Below, piece after piece: positions 1-13,508 of a stretch of 64,000 nt of DNA. Below the pieces are notes generated by a model that saw only the letters and a list, made by a program, of their open reading frames with translations, did not search any database and was not told the origin of the DNA. A program made the translations under genes and the position numbers. Source of the DNA: the human T2T-CHM13v2.0 reference genome, Homo sapiens; NCBI RefSeq assembly GCF_009914755.1, contig NC_060939.1; one strand, written 5' to 3'. How positions within the stretch are numbered: the stretch's first letter is position 1; every line of letters begins with the position of its first letter.

Positions 1-6
1 CTAAAT

Positions 7-591
<585 letters not shown>

Positions 592-1011
592 CTCTAAATG
601 GTGGCAAGAAAAGGTGACTATTAGCTATTAGACTATTTGGGTGTTATTCTGTGTCCATGTGTTTCCAGACTCCACCTAATGCCCCACAAATAATGTCTAA
701 GGATCATGATTTCCCCCAACAACATTACAGGGATAAGACTTTGCCCTGTTTTCATTAAACAAGTCTAATGTGTCATTTTAGTGACTCAAGTCTAACCCCA
801 TCTTTTATTGCACAGAATGTCAAATTCACTAAGCAGAGGAAATATCTTCTGTAATTTACTGAAGAAAACATCAAATTCATTATAAATAAGACCTATGGGT
901 TGGATAGTCTCAGAACATCTCTATTTCTTAAGTCACTTGGAAAATGTATGTATATCTGCACAAATAGAATCGTCTGAAAAAAACTGTGTACTGATCTTTA
1001 ACTATCTTCCC

Positions 1012-1403
1012 TGACATATTGTCCCCTTCAAATCTCATGTTGAAATGTAATCCCCAAAGTTGAAGGTGGGGCCTGGTAGGAGGTATTTCGGTCATGGAGG
1101 TGGATCTTTCACAAATAGCTTGGTTCTGTCCTTGCAACAGTAGGTTCTTACGAGATCCGGTTGTTTAAAAGCATATGGCACCTCCCTCCTTGCTCTCTTG
1201 TTCCTGCTCTCACCATATGATGTGCCTGCTCCCACTTTGCCTACCACTATAAGTAAAAGCTCCCTGAGGCCTCATCAGAAGCAGATGCCAGCACCATGCT
1301 TCATGTAAAGCCTGCAGAACTGTGAGCCAATTAAACCTCTTTTCTTTATAAATTATCCAGCCTCTGGCCTTTCTTTATAGCAATGCAAAAACAGTCTAAT
1401 ACA
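1012..1403 (+). mobile_element. MaLR solo LTR, MST family
   Basis: TG...CA ends, 5-bp TSD ttccc (1007-1011, 1404-1408), MST-like body. Confidence 0.9.
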
Positions 1404-2391
1404 TTCCCTTTTCCAAAGTTTTGACATATCAGACTGCTCTCTTTTTCACTTATACATTTTTTGTAGTACATGTCTCAAAAGGAGCAAGAAAAATAATTTC
1501 TTGTAGTACAAAGGTTGCTGAGCCACCCGACCCTAACAATGGCCTATGCAATTTTAATTTGATGACAAAGAGGAATAGAGAGCTTGACATCTCTGAACTG
1601 ATACCTTGGAATTGACATGGAAAAGACTTACCATGAAATATCTTTTCATTTCCACTAAGACTGTGAAAGATAGCTTCACTATTAAAATAGTTATAAAGCA
1701 AATGGTTAATATATCAAAACACAACTCCTGTAAAACTATTTATCTTAAAAATATAAAATTTTAATTATTTTCTCCTAAAAAACTCACCAGTTAAAATCAC
1801 TTTAAAAATGTCATTTACAAGTTCGTGTTTAAGGTTAAGCTGATTTCTAATTACAGACAATTGAAACCCATGATTTCTACTTGACCCCAAGTAGAAATAT
1901 TGTGAGTAAACATATCAGAAATCTTTATTTGAATTTTTAAAAAATAACCTTGTTACTTTAGAATAGCTGCAGATTTACAAAAAAGTTGCAAATAAAGTAC
2001 AGAAAACCTTTTGGTTTTGCAAATCAACTTCCCTGATTATGAGGGGGCTGCTATTAGCCCACCACTATTTTCTCTGGGTCCTAGACCCAATTTTACCAAG
2101 TAAGAAGATGTGGTCAAATCTATGCTCCCGGCTTAAGTAACAGATTCCTCAATCCAACCTGATTTCATCAGGTCTTCTCTTCTCCACTACCAGCTATCCA
2201 ATTCTAAGACATCACTGCCAACAATTCTGATTTCCCTTCTTGTGAAAATAAAATAAAAAGGTAATTTCAAGGCTTGAAAAAAGACAATTATTTCTTTCCT
2301 TTTCACAACCAAAGTTAAAGACATATAAAATGACACCCTAGAACCTAGGGTATAAAATTTTCATTTAAAGAACAGTTTCAAAGCACATTAC

Positions 2392-2500
2392 CTCAAAATT
2401 TCCTAGGAGACTAAGACTTGTTATAGGTGGAGCACTAGAACTCAAAAATGGTTTTTCATGAATATCTGGATCATCTTCAATGTTTAAACATGGTCGAGGA
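2392..2500 (-). CDS. ATOSA: ATOSA coding exon (SPRPCLNIED...SLLGNFE), 109 nt; start of conserved C-terminal Atos/DUF4210 region
   Basis: Acceptor tttctaatag|T, donor GAG|gtaatg; phase 2 to 0. SLLGNFE opens the conserved FAM214 motif. The next exon is outside the window. Confidence 0.94.
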
Positions 2501-2544
2501 CTATTAGAAAAACAAATCAGCAAAAGAACACATTAGCCACAATA

Positions 2545-2707
2545 CTTTTTTTTTAATCTTGAGACAGGGTCTCACTCTGTCACCCAGGCGGGAGTACAGT
2601 GGCACCATCATAGCTCATACAGCTCAAACTCCTGGCTTCAGGCAATCCTCCTGCCTCAGCCTCCCAAAGTGCTGGAGACTACAGGTGTGAGTCACCAAGC
2701 CAAGGCA
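2545..2707 (-). mobile_element. FLAM/AluJ monomer
   Basis: Antisense Alu monomer, flanking cacaata repeat. Confidence 0.85.
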
Positions 2708-3339
2708 CAATATTATTTACTTTTGTACAAAATTAAGAAAATCTGAACTCTACTCAAACTACCATAATAAATTAATGTTATCAAATTTTAAAATATAAAA
2801 TTTCAAGTTTTAAATTCCCAGATTTTATCTTTCTTTATATTTTATATTTTATAAACACACATACACACATCCTAAAAGGTTTCGAGGTGGAATTTAGAAC
2901 ATATCACATAGTGGCATCTACTGGAAATAAATAATAATGCAGACTTCTATATCAATCTTATTTTCAGTTAAGAATGAGAATACAAGGGCAAAATTGTGTG
3001 ACTAAAGATTATAATCAGAGTATTATTTGCCAACACGGAAAAAAATGGCCAAGGTTGTTTTTTTTTTTTCCGTCAAAGAGTAAAAGGTAGTAGAGGTTAA
3101 TAACTAGAAATATATAAAACCAATGTAAGAGTTTATTATGATGACCACTATATAGTTGCTACTCATTGCCTTAATTTCTTCCACACTCATCCTTAATAAC
3201 TGCGTGTGTACATGGTATCATACTCTAAATAAGATTCCTGTTACAATTCTGATGTTTAGAATCAACATTATTTATTGTTAAAGACCAGAATTTTGTGAAA
3301 TTCTGTTTGAAACACACAAATGAATTTTGAGATAAATAC

Positions 3340-3419
3340 CTTCTAGATGAGAAGCTTTTCAGATGTAGTAATGAAGAATCCAGATCAAAGCAACCTGATT
3401 GTGTTTTTCTTTGAGGAAC
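3340..3419 (-). CDS. ATOSA: ATOSA coding exon (VPQRKTQSGC...KSFSSR), 80 nt
   Basis: Acceptor ttgaccttag|GTT, donor AG|gtattt; phase 0 to 2. Confidence 0.93.
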
Positions 3420-5402
3420 CTAAGGTCAAAACGATCATTTGTGATATTAAAAAAAAAACTGTTAATTTTTTTCTTGAATTGATAAAACACTTTTTAAATG
3501 AAATTTAAGCATATCTTTGAAATATTACAACTTCTCCTATAATAGCTTATTTAAAATCATGCTGTTCATTACATATTGTTCTTATGTTATTTTATTAGTG
3601 TTGAAAAAACAGATGACAAATAAAAGCACTTTTACTAGGTTTTGATTTTTTAAGAAGCAGAAACATTTTTTTCCAAAACCAAACCCTGCATGGAATTCCA
3701 ATATATAATATAAGGAACATTTTGCTTTTTTGTATACTTCTCTATTTTTTTGGGAGGTGGGAAACACTTCCAACTTAAAAAGGAAAAAAAAAAAAAAAGA
3801 AAACCGAATAGAGATAGGAGCCTGAGGCCCCACCAGCACTGCCCACGCTTTGCCCATTCCACCTACTGCAACATTTCCAAGCATCCTAATGCTTTACAGA
3901 GAATAGATTTGAAAAGTACTATGCTCCTAGGTTTTCAACCATCACTGTATACCAGATTACATTTAAAGCAAAACACCACCTAGCTCAAAATATCCTAAAA
4001 TCAAAGACCTAAATGTTAAAGGTAAAATCATATACAAGTTAGACAGTTTTGTTTCTAGAATATTAAATATGTGTACCTGACTCTCTGGTCTAATTAGTGA
4101 CTGAAGAAACAGATGACACTGAAAATTTAAACCACCTCGACATTTTGGAGAGTTGTACAAGTGTACCATGTTATTTACTGTAGTAAGAACTTATTGTGAA
4201 ATTTTCAATCTAAACCCTCATGTCTTCAATTCTGGAAAGTTCTCTGCCTTCATTTCTAATATTGCATTTTCTTATTCTATTTAGTCCTTCTTTTTAAACT
4301 TCTACCAGACTTACATTGAACATCTCATTCTCTTTATGGCTTTTTCGTATTTTACTATTTCTCTTCCCTTTTGTGCTTCATTCTAGGTGCTTCCTAAATA
4401 TTTGTCTACTCACTCACAAAATCTCTATTGAGCCGATCCTAGTTTGCTGTTTAATTCATCTGTATGTGTATGCATGTGTGTGTATACACTTCATGCATTT
4501 TTCATATCTAGAATTTCTATTTAGTTCAAATCCACATTCTTTCATCTAAATTCCCTATCTTTGCCTTCATCTATCTCCCAGAATACTTTAAACAGTTATT
4601 TTTAACTCTCAAATTGCTCTGATAACAGAGTTCCTATATGTGCATCCTCCCATTTCTTGCTCCTGCTGATTCTTTTAAGGTGCTTTGTAATTTTTTTTCC
4701 TCTAAGGTCATCTTCAGTAAGACGTATTTGCTATAAAAATAAATCCTCACTGCCCTGGGTTATAGATGTGGGATAGTTTCATGTTTCCCCTACTAATACT
4801 AGATGGATTTCATGGGTTCCAATTTAGTTTTTATGGCTATTTCTTAGCTAGACATCTCTGAATCTCATAGGTAGTATAAATTCAGAACCCCTACCATGTG
4901 TGGCTTAGATTTAGGTACAATTTCTTTCAGGTGCTTCTTTTTCTCCCATGTACTACTCCACCCGAGTAAATAGATGGATACATTTTCCCCCTCTCTCATT
5001 TATAGAAGGCCAGTCTTCCCTGTGCCTGGCTTTATGAAGAATCTGGTCTCAGATAAGATTGTTACAGACTTGCAGCCTTGATTCCTGTTCTCAGCAGGGG
5101 AACTGAACCCTAGTGCTATTTTAGGTTCAAATATCCTAGCGGACCAAAATTTGCCCCAGGTTACACCTTGGGAATTTTTCTTTCTTGCTCTTACATAACA
5201 TTATGCATTTGGAAGTTATACTTCTTCCAGAATCTCTGTGTGGGGGAAGGGGCAAATGTCTTCCTGTATTGACTTAGTCTACCATATTGACCAGAAGTCT
5301 GTGGTGCTTTTTACACCAGCAAGACGCTGAAAATTTCTTCCCTGATCACTTGGGCATTTTAAATCACCTCTTAGGTAGGTCAAACATTTGGAGTTTTTAT
5401 TT

Positions 5403-6390
5403 TAAAATGGACAAAAAAAATCTGAACAGACGTTTCTCAAAAGACAATATGCAAATGGCCAACAGATATATGAAAAAATGCTCAACACCACTAATCAGAG
5501 AAATGCAAATTAAAACCATAATGAGATGTTGTCTCACTCCAGTTACAATGACTTCTATCCAAAAGACAGGCAATAACGGATGCTGGCAACGATGGAACAA
5601 AAGGGAAACCCTCATACACTGTTAGTGGGAATGTAAATTAGTACAGCTACTGTGGAGAAGACTATGGAAGTTCCTCAAAAAACTAAAAATAGAACTACTA
5701 TATGACCCAGCAATCCCACTGCTGGGCATATATCTTAAGGAAAAAAAAGGGAAATTAGTATATTAAAGAGATAGCTGCACTCCAATGTTTAGTGCAGCAC
5801 CATTTGCAACAGCCAAGATATGGAAGCAACCTAAGTGTCCATCAATAGATGAATGAATAAAGAAAATGTAGTATATACACAATGGAATATTATTCAGCCA
5901 TAAGAGGAATGAAATCCTGTCATTTGCAACAATATGAATGAAACTGAAGGACATTATGCTAAGTGAAATAGGCCAGGCAAGAAAGACAAATATTCCATGT
6001 TCTCACTCATATGGGGGAGCTTAACAAACACATTTGAACTAATGAAGATAAAGGGTATAAGGATGGTTGCCAGAGGCTTGGAAGAGTTGTGAGGAGGGAG
6101 GGATAAAGTGGGAATGGTTAATGGGTTCAAAAACACTGTTGGACACAATGAATAAGATCTAGTATTTGGTAGCAAAACAGGGTGACTAAAGTTAACAATA
6201 ATTTATCGTATATTTAAAAGTAAGAGTGAAATAGGAAGGTTCCTAACACAAAGAAATGATAAAGCCTTGAAGTGATAGATAATCCATTTACTCCGATTTG
6301 ATTATTACACATTGTATGCCTGTATCAAAACATCACACGTACCCTGTAAATATATACAACTATTATGTACCCATAAGAATTTGAAAAAAC
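5403..6390 (+). mobile_element. L1MA-type LINE-1 3' fragment (ORF2 end and 3' UTR)
   Basis: ORF 5287-5625 gives ORF2 C-terminal-like MANRYMKKCSTPLIREMQIKT; typical L1MA 3' UTR. Confidence 0.92.
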
Positions 6391-6392
6391 AT

Positions 6393-6525
6393 GGCCGGGC
6401 GCCGTGGCCCACGCCTGTAATCCCAGCACTTTGGGAGGCGGAGGCGGGCGGATCACGAGGTCAAGAGATCGAGAACATCCTGGCTAACACGGTGAAACCC
6501 CGTCTCTACTAAAAATACAAAAAAC
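6393..6525 (+). mobile_element. Young Alu, left monomer only
   Basis: CpG-rich GGCCGGGCG...CTACTAAAAATACAAAAA with no right arm. Confidence 0.9.
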
Positions 6526-6799
6526 AACAAAATCCATTTGGAATTTTTTAAAGTTGTTTGGACTTCAACTTTTCTAAAATAGAAGACTGAGCTCCAAGTT
6601 ATACATTTAAATTCTACATCTATTGTTCAATAATTATTTTTTGAACATACGCGAGATACTGTATTCTTTTAGTTACTAAAAAACACATACAACTAAAAAT
6701 ACGTTTGTGGCAAATTACACGGATTTTTAGTTCTGCTATACAATTTACTGCTTGCCTCAAGTTTAACTGAAATGGTAGCCATACCAACTAACTACTGAC

Positions 6800-6960
6800 T
6801 GCTTACATGCAAGAGGGATGATACTAACCATCCTCACAACACTAAGGTAGACATTATCATCCTGATTTACATATGAGGAAACTGAGACTCCAAGAGATTG
6901 TGTTGCATAACTAGGGGGAATTCAGTGTGACTCCAAAGTGATGCTTTTAACCACTGCACT
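6800..6960 (-). mobile_element. MIR
   Basis: Core atgaggaaactgag. Confidence 0.7.
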
Positions 6961-7385
6961 CAGATCTCTAAATCTATTAGTAATTGAGGAGTGGAGAGAT
7001 TTATATGTCTCAAGATGATTAAGTGAAGGGATTCCAAATCAAAAACAGCAATAGTTTTAACTTGCAGATGACCCAGTTAGTGGTATCAGTAAGACACAAA
7101 TCCACTTGATGGTTTTTGTTTTTTTCACATCTAGTAACAGTTACAATTTGAGGCAAAAGAATTTCAGATAAATTTTATAACTAATAAATTTCATTTTTAT
7201 TCACATTTTTGTCTTTTCCTGTATTATCACATAGCTGTAAAATGTGTTATCAAAAAATAAAATGTTTCCTTACTGGAAATTTAAAGATATTTAAATTTTT
7301 TTCAATTAAAATTTGAATGAAATTATTTGTAAACCTTTCAGATGTATGTAAGTTCTAAGCATGAGATAAGAAAAAAAATGCTTAC

Positions 7386-7499
7386 AGGGCTTGAAAGAAG
7401 AGGCAATCCAGTTTGAGGATGAAAGGCTCTGGTTGAAGTTCCATCCAAGGAATGAAAATTATGTTTTCGCCACACATTTGAATGTTTCAGTGTAGTCCT
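7386..7499 (-). CDS. ATOSA: ATOSA coding exon (RTTLKHSNVW...GLPLLSSP), 114 nt
   Basis: Acceptor tttcctaacag|AGG, donor CCT|gtaagc; phase 0 to 0; 38 open codons. Confidence 0.95.
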
Positions 7500-7626
7500 C
7501 TGTTAGGAAAATAATTAGATGTTAATTGTAATATTTAAATACCATTTAAAGAACTTGGACAGTGTTTTTGTTTTTAGACTCATTCCTAATACATTCTGAG
7601 GTATTGCTGGTGAAGCTGGTGATATA

Positions 7627-7856
7627 CAGGTGGGATATCCCTTATCCAAAATACTTGGGGACTAGAAGTGTTTAGAAGTTTGGATTTTTTTTCTGATTTT
7701 GGAGTATTTGCATCATATATACTTTACTGGTTAATCACCCCAAATGCAAAAATCCCAAATCTGAAACATTCCGATGAAAATTTCCTTTGAGCACCTTGTC
7801 AGCAATCAAAAAGTTTGGGATTTTCGAACATTTCAAATTTGGGATGCTCAAACTGT
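7627..7856. mobile_element. Tigger4a/MER46-like TcMar MITE
   Basis: CAGGT..ATCCCTTATCC start and GGGATGCTCAAACTG end, preceded by TA, ~230 bp. Confidence 0.8.
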
Positions 7857-8058
7857 GTATCTACATCTTATGTTTACACACAATATATATATACCAATTG
7901 GAAAACAATGTCTAAAATGGTTACTGTAATATGCTGAATAAATTAAGTTCTAAAGAAAACATGTCCAAATGTAAATGCTTTATATGGTCATATTTGTTCA
8001 GAATTTATCATCTAGCAAACTAATACCTGATTATTTCAATTTGTGAAAAAACTACTAT

Positions 8059-8377
8059 GGTAGTCCCCTCTTATTCTCAGGGGATATATTCCATGAACCC
8101 CAGTGGATGCCTGAAACCACGTGTAGTACAAAACAATATATATATTTTTTCCTATACATACCTATCCTAAAGTTTAATTTATAAATTAGGTACAATAAGA
8201 GATTAATGATAATAATAAAATACAATTATAATAATATGCCATAATAAAAGTTATGTGAATGTAGTCTTTCTCTCTTTCAAAGTATCTTATTGTACTGTAC
8301 TCACCTATTTTGTGACCTGGTTGACCATGAGTAACTGAAACCATGGAAAGGAAACCGTGGATAAGGGGCGACTACTG
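8059..8377. mobile_element. MER44A-like Tigger MITE
   Basis: Inverted ends GTAGTCCCCTCTTAT / GATAAGGGGCGACTACTG + TA. Confidence 0.85.
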
Positions 8378-8634
8378 TACTCACAGGAAAAATTCATATA
8401 ATATTGTAAAATATAAAACTATGTCAATATTAAGAACCATTTTCAGATGATATAATTTGGTGGAACATGATACAGAAATATAAGAAACACTGTAAATTAA
8501 AAATTATATATAATGCAGTCACAGCACTATGTTTTTGACGTGATACAAGAAACAGGCTAATTCTTAAGGATTGGAGAAGTTTATACCCAAAGATCAGAAA
8601 TTCATAAAAATTACATGAATAAAAATTATAAAAG

Positions 8635-8830
8635 ACTATTCTGGGTCTTGGCTCTACCATTTATTAGCTTTGTGACCCTGGCAAGTTTTATAGTTTCCCT
8701 AGCTCAAGGTCCTCATTTGTAAACTGGAGTTAGTAAAAGCACCTACCTTCATATCAAAGTGAGAGGGATTAAGTAAGCCAACATGTGTAAAATATTCAGA
8801 AGGGGCACACAGTAAATTGTTTATTACATT
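8635..8830 (+). mobile_element. MIR
   Basis: tgtgaccctggcaagt...cctcatttgtaaa core. Confidence 0.75.
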
Positions 8831-9912
8831 TAAAACAGGTACATGAAAAAAATGAACCTTAGTGGGCTTGAAAAATATCACGGCCAGATTTAAGCCTCCC
8901 TATTAGATAACAGAAAAGATCATAAGAACCGAACATTCTTAAGGCCAGTGTAGGTTTTTGTGACAATTATACTTTTAGAAAATTGGAAACTACCATTTGA
9001 TTAAACCCCATGTTAGAGCGAGATCTTCTGAAGAAAAATATAAACTGGAAACATGGCAAAATTTTAAAACTCTGTCCAGGAAAGCTAATTTGAGTGATAA
9101 AGAAGACAAACTTAGGTCATTTAGACTTGGATCAAGGTACTTCAGAAGAAATTTTCCATATAATTGAGATACTGCTTGGAAAAGTAAAGGAAAGTGAAGC
9201 CTAATGATTTTTAGAAATTAAAAGGTGGTTTGGTAGGAAATCAAATGAAATGAAAATAACTTAAAATATCTTTTATGTATATAGTACATTAAGGTCTACA
9301 AAATATTTATAAATTGTTTGATTATCACCACTCTAAGATAGGCAAAAGAGATTAATCATGAGTCTTGTAAAATTGAGGAAACAGGTTTTTATAAGTAATA
9401 CGACTTATTTACGGTCACTTAAGGCCTAAACTATGAAGCCAGGACTAGAACTCAGGTGTTTTGACCAGTAACTTGGTGGTTTCCCTATAGACACTTTGAA
9501 AGTCATTAACTGACCAATGGCATAGCACAATGGGCACACCGCTAATATTGGGTCTGACCTGCTAACAAATAATACATTAAGCTAATACAAATTTGATTTC
9601 TGACTGTTTTTGCTCTAAGAATTGTTTATAAGTACTGAAATAAACAAAAAAGGGCAACAGGAGGAATTAATTCATTTTCTAAACAAGAGGAATGAACCAA
9701 GGACTTGTACAGTCCACAAATTTGTCCTTGATTATTGTGAGGTAGTAGAAAGGAGCCTGGATTAGGAGTCAAGAGACTGGGGTGGGGGCGCCAGTTGAAT
9801 CACTAAGGACTTTGTACAGCTACTGGTATGTCATTCTCTTTGAGTCCTAGTTTCCTCATAACTGTCCTACCTGTCCCATATGGTGAAGTATCAAAAAGAA
9901 CCAAGTACCCTA

Positions 9913-9990
9913 TTAGGTTGGTGCAAAAGTAACTGAGGTTTGCCATTACTTTCAATGGCAAAAACTTCAACTACTTTTGCAGAAACCTAA
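9913..9990. mobile_element. MADE1 (Hsmar1-derived MITE)
   Basis: TA|TTAGGTTGGTGCAAAAGTAA...TACTTTTGCAGAAACCTAA|TA, ~80-bp palindrome. Confidence 0.93.
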
Positions 9991-10077
9991 TATGTAATAT
10001 AACTGAACGTTATATACAAGCAATATACAAAATCCAAGTAGTATTTTATAAATATTATATAGTATTCATTCTCTTGA

Positions 10078-10476
<399 letters not shown>

Positions 10477-10820
10477 TAAGATGGGGGAGCAGGGGGAGAA
10501 CAGAGCTAAAAGACCTAAATAATAGACCTAACATGTCATGAAAACAATTACTGTCCTATTAACAGTTTTTTAAAAAGGTACCACTTCCTATTTTTTAAAC
10601 AGCATGATCTTTATTTCCTCCATTTACTTAGCATTTGTTCTTAGGAGAGTGGGTTATTTGCAAGGATGTTAATACTAGTTCTGTAGGTTTATTATTCTAT
10701 CAGACTGTGTGTCCTATAGATAATGGAACCTTGGGCCTTTATAACCAGATCTCCTGTGAACAAAATTTAAACCATAACAAATATTTGAGACTTACATTTG
10801 ACATATTAGATGTTACTTAC

Positions 10821-12636
10821 CAATACCTCTGTATTTTTTGGTTGCTCACATGTAGACAAACAGTCTTTTATACTTCTTCTCTGAGAATAGTTTTGGGATT
10901 TTTCATTAGTTGGATCTTCTTGCTTATCTTGTTCATTTTTTAATTGGTCTGACTTTTTACATTTGAAACCTTCATTATCTTTATTGAGATAATTCTCTAT
11001 GCTATTAAGTTGAGTATTTTGCTCACATGTCTTAGGCCTTTTTGAGTCTTTATTTGAGGACATGCTTTCATATTTGTTCAAATATTCAGACATTTCCAAC
11101 ACAGTAACTTTTATTTTTGAGTCATTTTTTTTGGAATCATCAGACTGAAGATTGCCAAAGAATTTTGGATTATAGTTCTCATTTATTATTTTTTCCTTAT
11201 ACTTATTTGTACAAATCTGTTTGTCAATAGTGGTGCAATTTGAATACTGTTTATCAATTCCATTGCTCATTTCTTGCTCCTTGAATCTGCTTGTCAAATC
11301 TAAGTTATTTTCTTTGTGCTGAGACAAAATTGAGGAAGCCGATAAACTAGAACTTTTGTTCTGTGTCTCCTGATACGTACTTTGGATGATTTCACTAGGA
11401 TTGTTCTGACACTGATTTCTTGTTTGATGTTTCAAAGAACACTTTTCTTTACTATTATTTTTAAAAGAAGTAAAACATTTATTAGGTACTAAGTTTTTCC
11501 CATCACTGATGTCTCCTAACAAGGAACATTTTGTGTGAGAAATGGAAACTGAGGACTCATCCTTATTTTTCTTCAACAAATTTTTGTCTTCATATGAACT
11601 CCTAAACACTTTAGATGCAACCGAACTGGAGTCATGCATGTTGAATGACTGCCGGGGGATATGTGATGCTGTTGGATCAATGTGCTCCAAGTGTTGAGCA
11701 ATCCTTGCAATAACATCTTGCCGCTCCTGGAGTAAAGAGCCTATCAAAGGATTAGTCTCTCCAACAGGCATATGAGAATAAAAGTCATTAGAAATACAAG
11801 TTTCACTTCGAGGAGTTTCTGGTTTTAGTCGAATTTTCCCCTCATTGGTGTCTTCTGGGGAACTAAACTCTGGACTACCAAAAGTCATGGAGAAAGCTTC
11901 TTTACCTTTTCCCACGTTCTCATTTTCTTGTGAAACCCGGAAAAGTTTTGAATGGAGTGAACTAGACTCTTGAGTATTAAATGGACGTCCAGAAACATGT
12001 GAAGTGCTTGGATCACAATGAATCAAATGTTGGGCAATTCTTGCAATGATTTCTTGCCGCTCCTGAATTAAAGAGCCTATTAAAGGGTTAGTCTCACCAG
12101 CTGACTGCCAGAAACTCTGGCGGTTAGAGATACTGGAATCAACCATTGAAAATGATTTTAAAGTTCTCACTGATGTTTCTTGTGATTTTATATCACCTAT
12201 ACCACTAAAGCCTAGAATATTGGCTTGAGATGTCCCATGGTCAGATTTACTGCCAGTGCCTGGATATAGTTTGATATTTTTGACAGCTGCAGTATATTCT
12301 GGACTTGGGCCACTTTTTGCATGTAACACACTTTCAGGTGCCATGGTCCAAGTTTGTTTGCTACACAGACGCTGTGAACTGTTTGTACCACATTGTTCTG
12401 CTTCATTTGGGTTATGGTGCTGATGAGTTTTAAGTTTATGTTGTTGAATTCTTTTCTCATAAAGGCCAATATTAGTGTGAATACTGCACGTCAAAACTGG
12501 ATAATTAGATTGTCTGGGCAAGGACTGAACACTGACTTTCAAGGCAACATTGTGAGAAACATTGGGAACAGGAAACACATGCTCAATTGGAGTCTGTGAA
12601 AAATTCCACTGTAGGTCTACATCAGCAGCACTGATT
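10821..12636 (-). CDS. ATOSA: ATOSA giant internal coding exon (ISAADVDLQW...PKNTEVL), 1816 nt
   Basis: Contains the 590-aa ORF; acceptor gattctag|A, donor TTG|gtaagt; phase 2 to 0. Confidence 0.97.
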
Positions 12637-13382
12637 CTAGAATCACACAGAAAAATACTGTATTATTGGATTATAAAGGTTAGATCCTTATTATTGTATA
12701 TTATTTTAAATGTAAAGCAGTCATACACTTATTTTTGTTTGCGTTAATTACCACTGAGGTTTACTTTTAGCCACTTTACCATGCATATAATTCTGATAAA
12801 ACCAATGTAAGTGATATAATAGCTTATGCTTGGAAGAGATGATCTTTTTAAGAACACCAGATCACTTAAGCATTAAAGCTCAAGAATATTATAACTTAAA
12901 AATATTTGTTAAAACAGAAAAAAGGACTTTGTAATTGCTAGCACATAAATGGATTCAGCTAATTCCATTGTGCAAGGTGATTAAGAGACACCCTATCTCA
13001 TGGCCATCTGCCTAAAAAGCCAGTTAGCTGTTTAGCAGCCTATATGTTTACATTATCCAAGATGCCAAAAATTAAGTCAAACATAAAAATTCAGCAGCTC
13101 AGAAAACTTTTCTACTTTATAATAGCAGCATTAAGTCCATTGGTTCTCTAAAGTAAGCTTAAAAGTTCTCTTGATATTATTCATACCAAATTTAATACAA
13201 CAAACAAAATTCATATTGAGTCAATCCAAATCTCTCTAACTTGTTTTGAAAAACCTCAGTAAATTTTATCCACTTACATTTAGAATTGCAGGAAATAATC
13301 TATTTAAAAGGTAAAATGCCATTCGGTTGCTAACCAAGGTGGCTGAATACGCACTGTCCTTTTTTTTTGGCCCTAGACATAC

Positions 13383-13508
13383 CTGTAGAGAATATTTCGT
13401 GGAATAGCACCATGAGAAACACTCAGCCATGCACTTAACTGAGAAAAAAACACAAATGAGCGGACAGCCAACAGAAGCGTCTTCTCTTCAATAAATCGGT
13501 CACCATTC
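13383..13508 (-). CDS. ATOSA: ATOSA coding exon (NGDRFIEEKTLLLAVRSFVFFSQLSAWLSVSHGAIPRNILYR), 126 nt
   Basis: Not in the ORF track. Acceptor ttccttag|G, donor AG|gtatgt; phase 2 to 2; open frame links the neighbouring exons. Confidence 0.95.

Noticed and set aside
5287-6175. ORFs resembling L1 ORF2 C-terminus
   Set aside because: Decayed L1MA fragment with stops; not a functional retrotransposon
10610-10693. Minus-strand AATAAA hexamers just after the giant exon (possible intronic polyadenylation)
   Set aside because: Such hexamers are frequent in this AT-rich DNA; no support without 3'-end sequencing
10806-12578. 590-aa ORF as a standalone single-exon gene
   Set aside because: Its start is GTG within an internal exon bounded by splice sites at 12636 and 10821; the VSNI-stop tail is intron read-through
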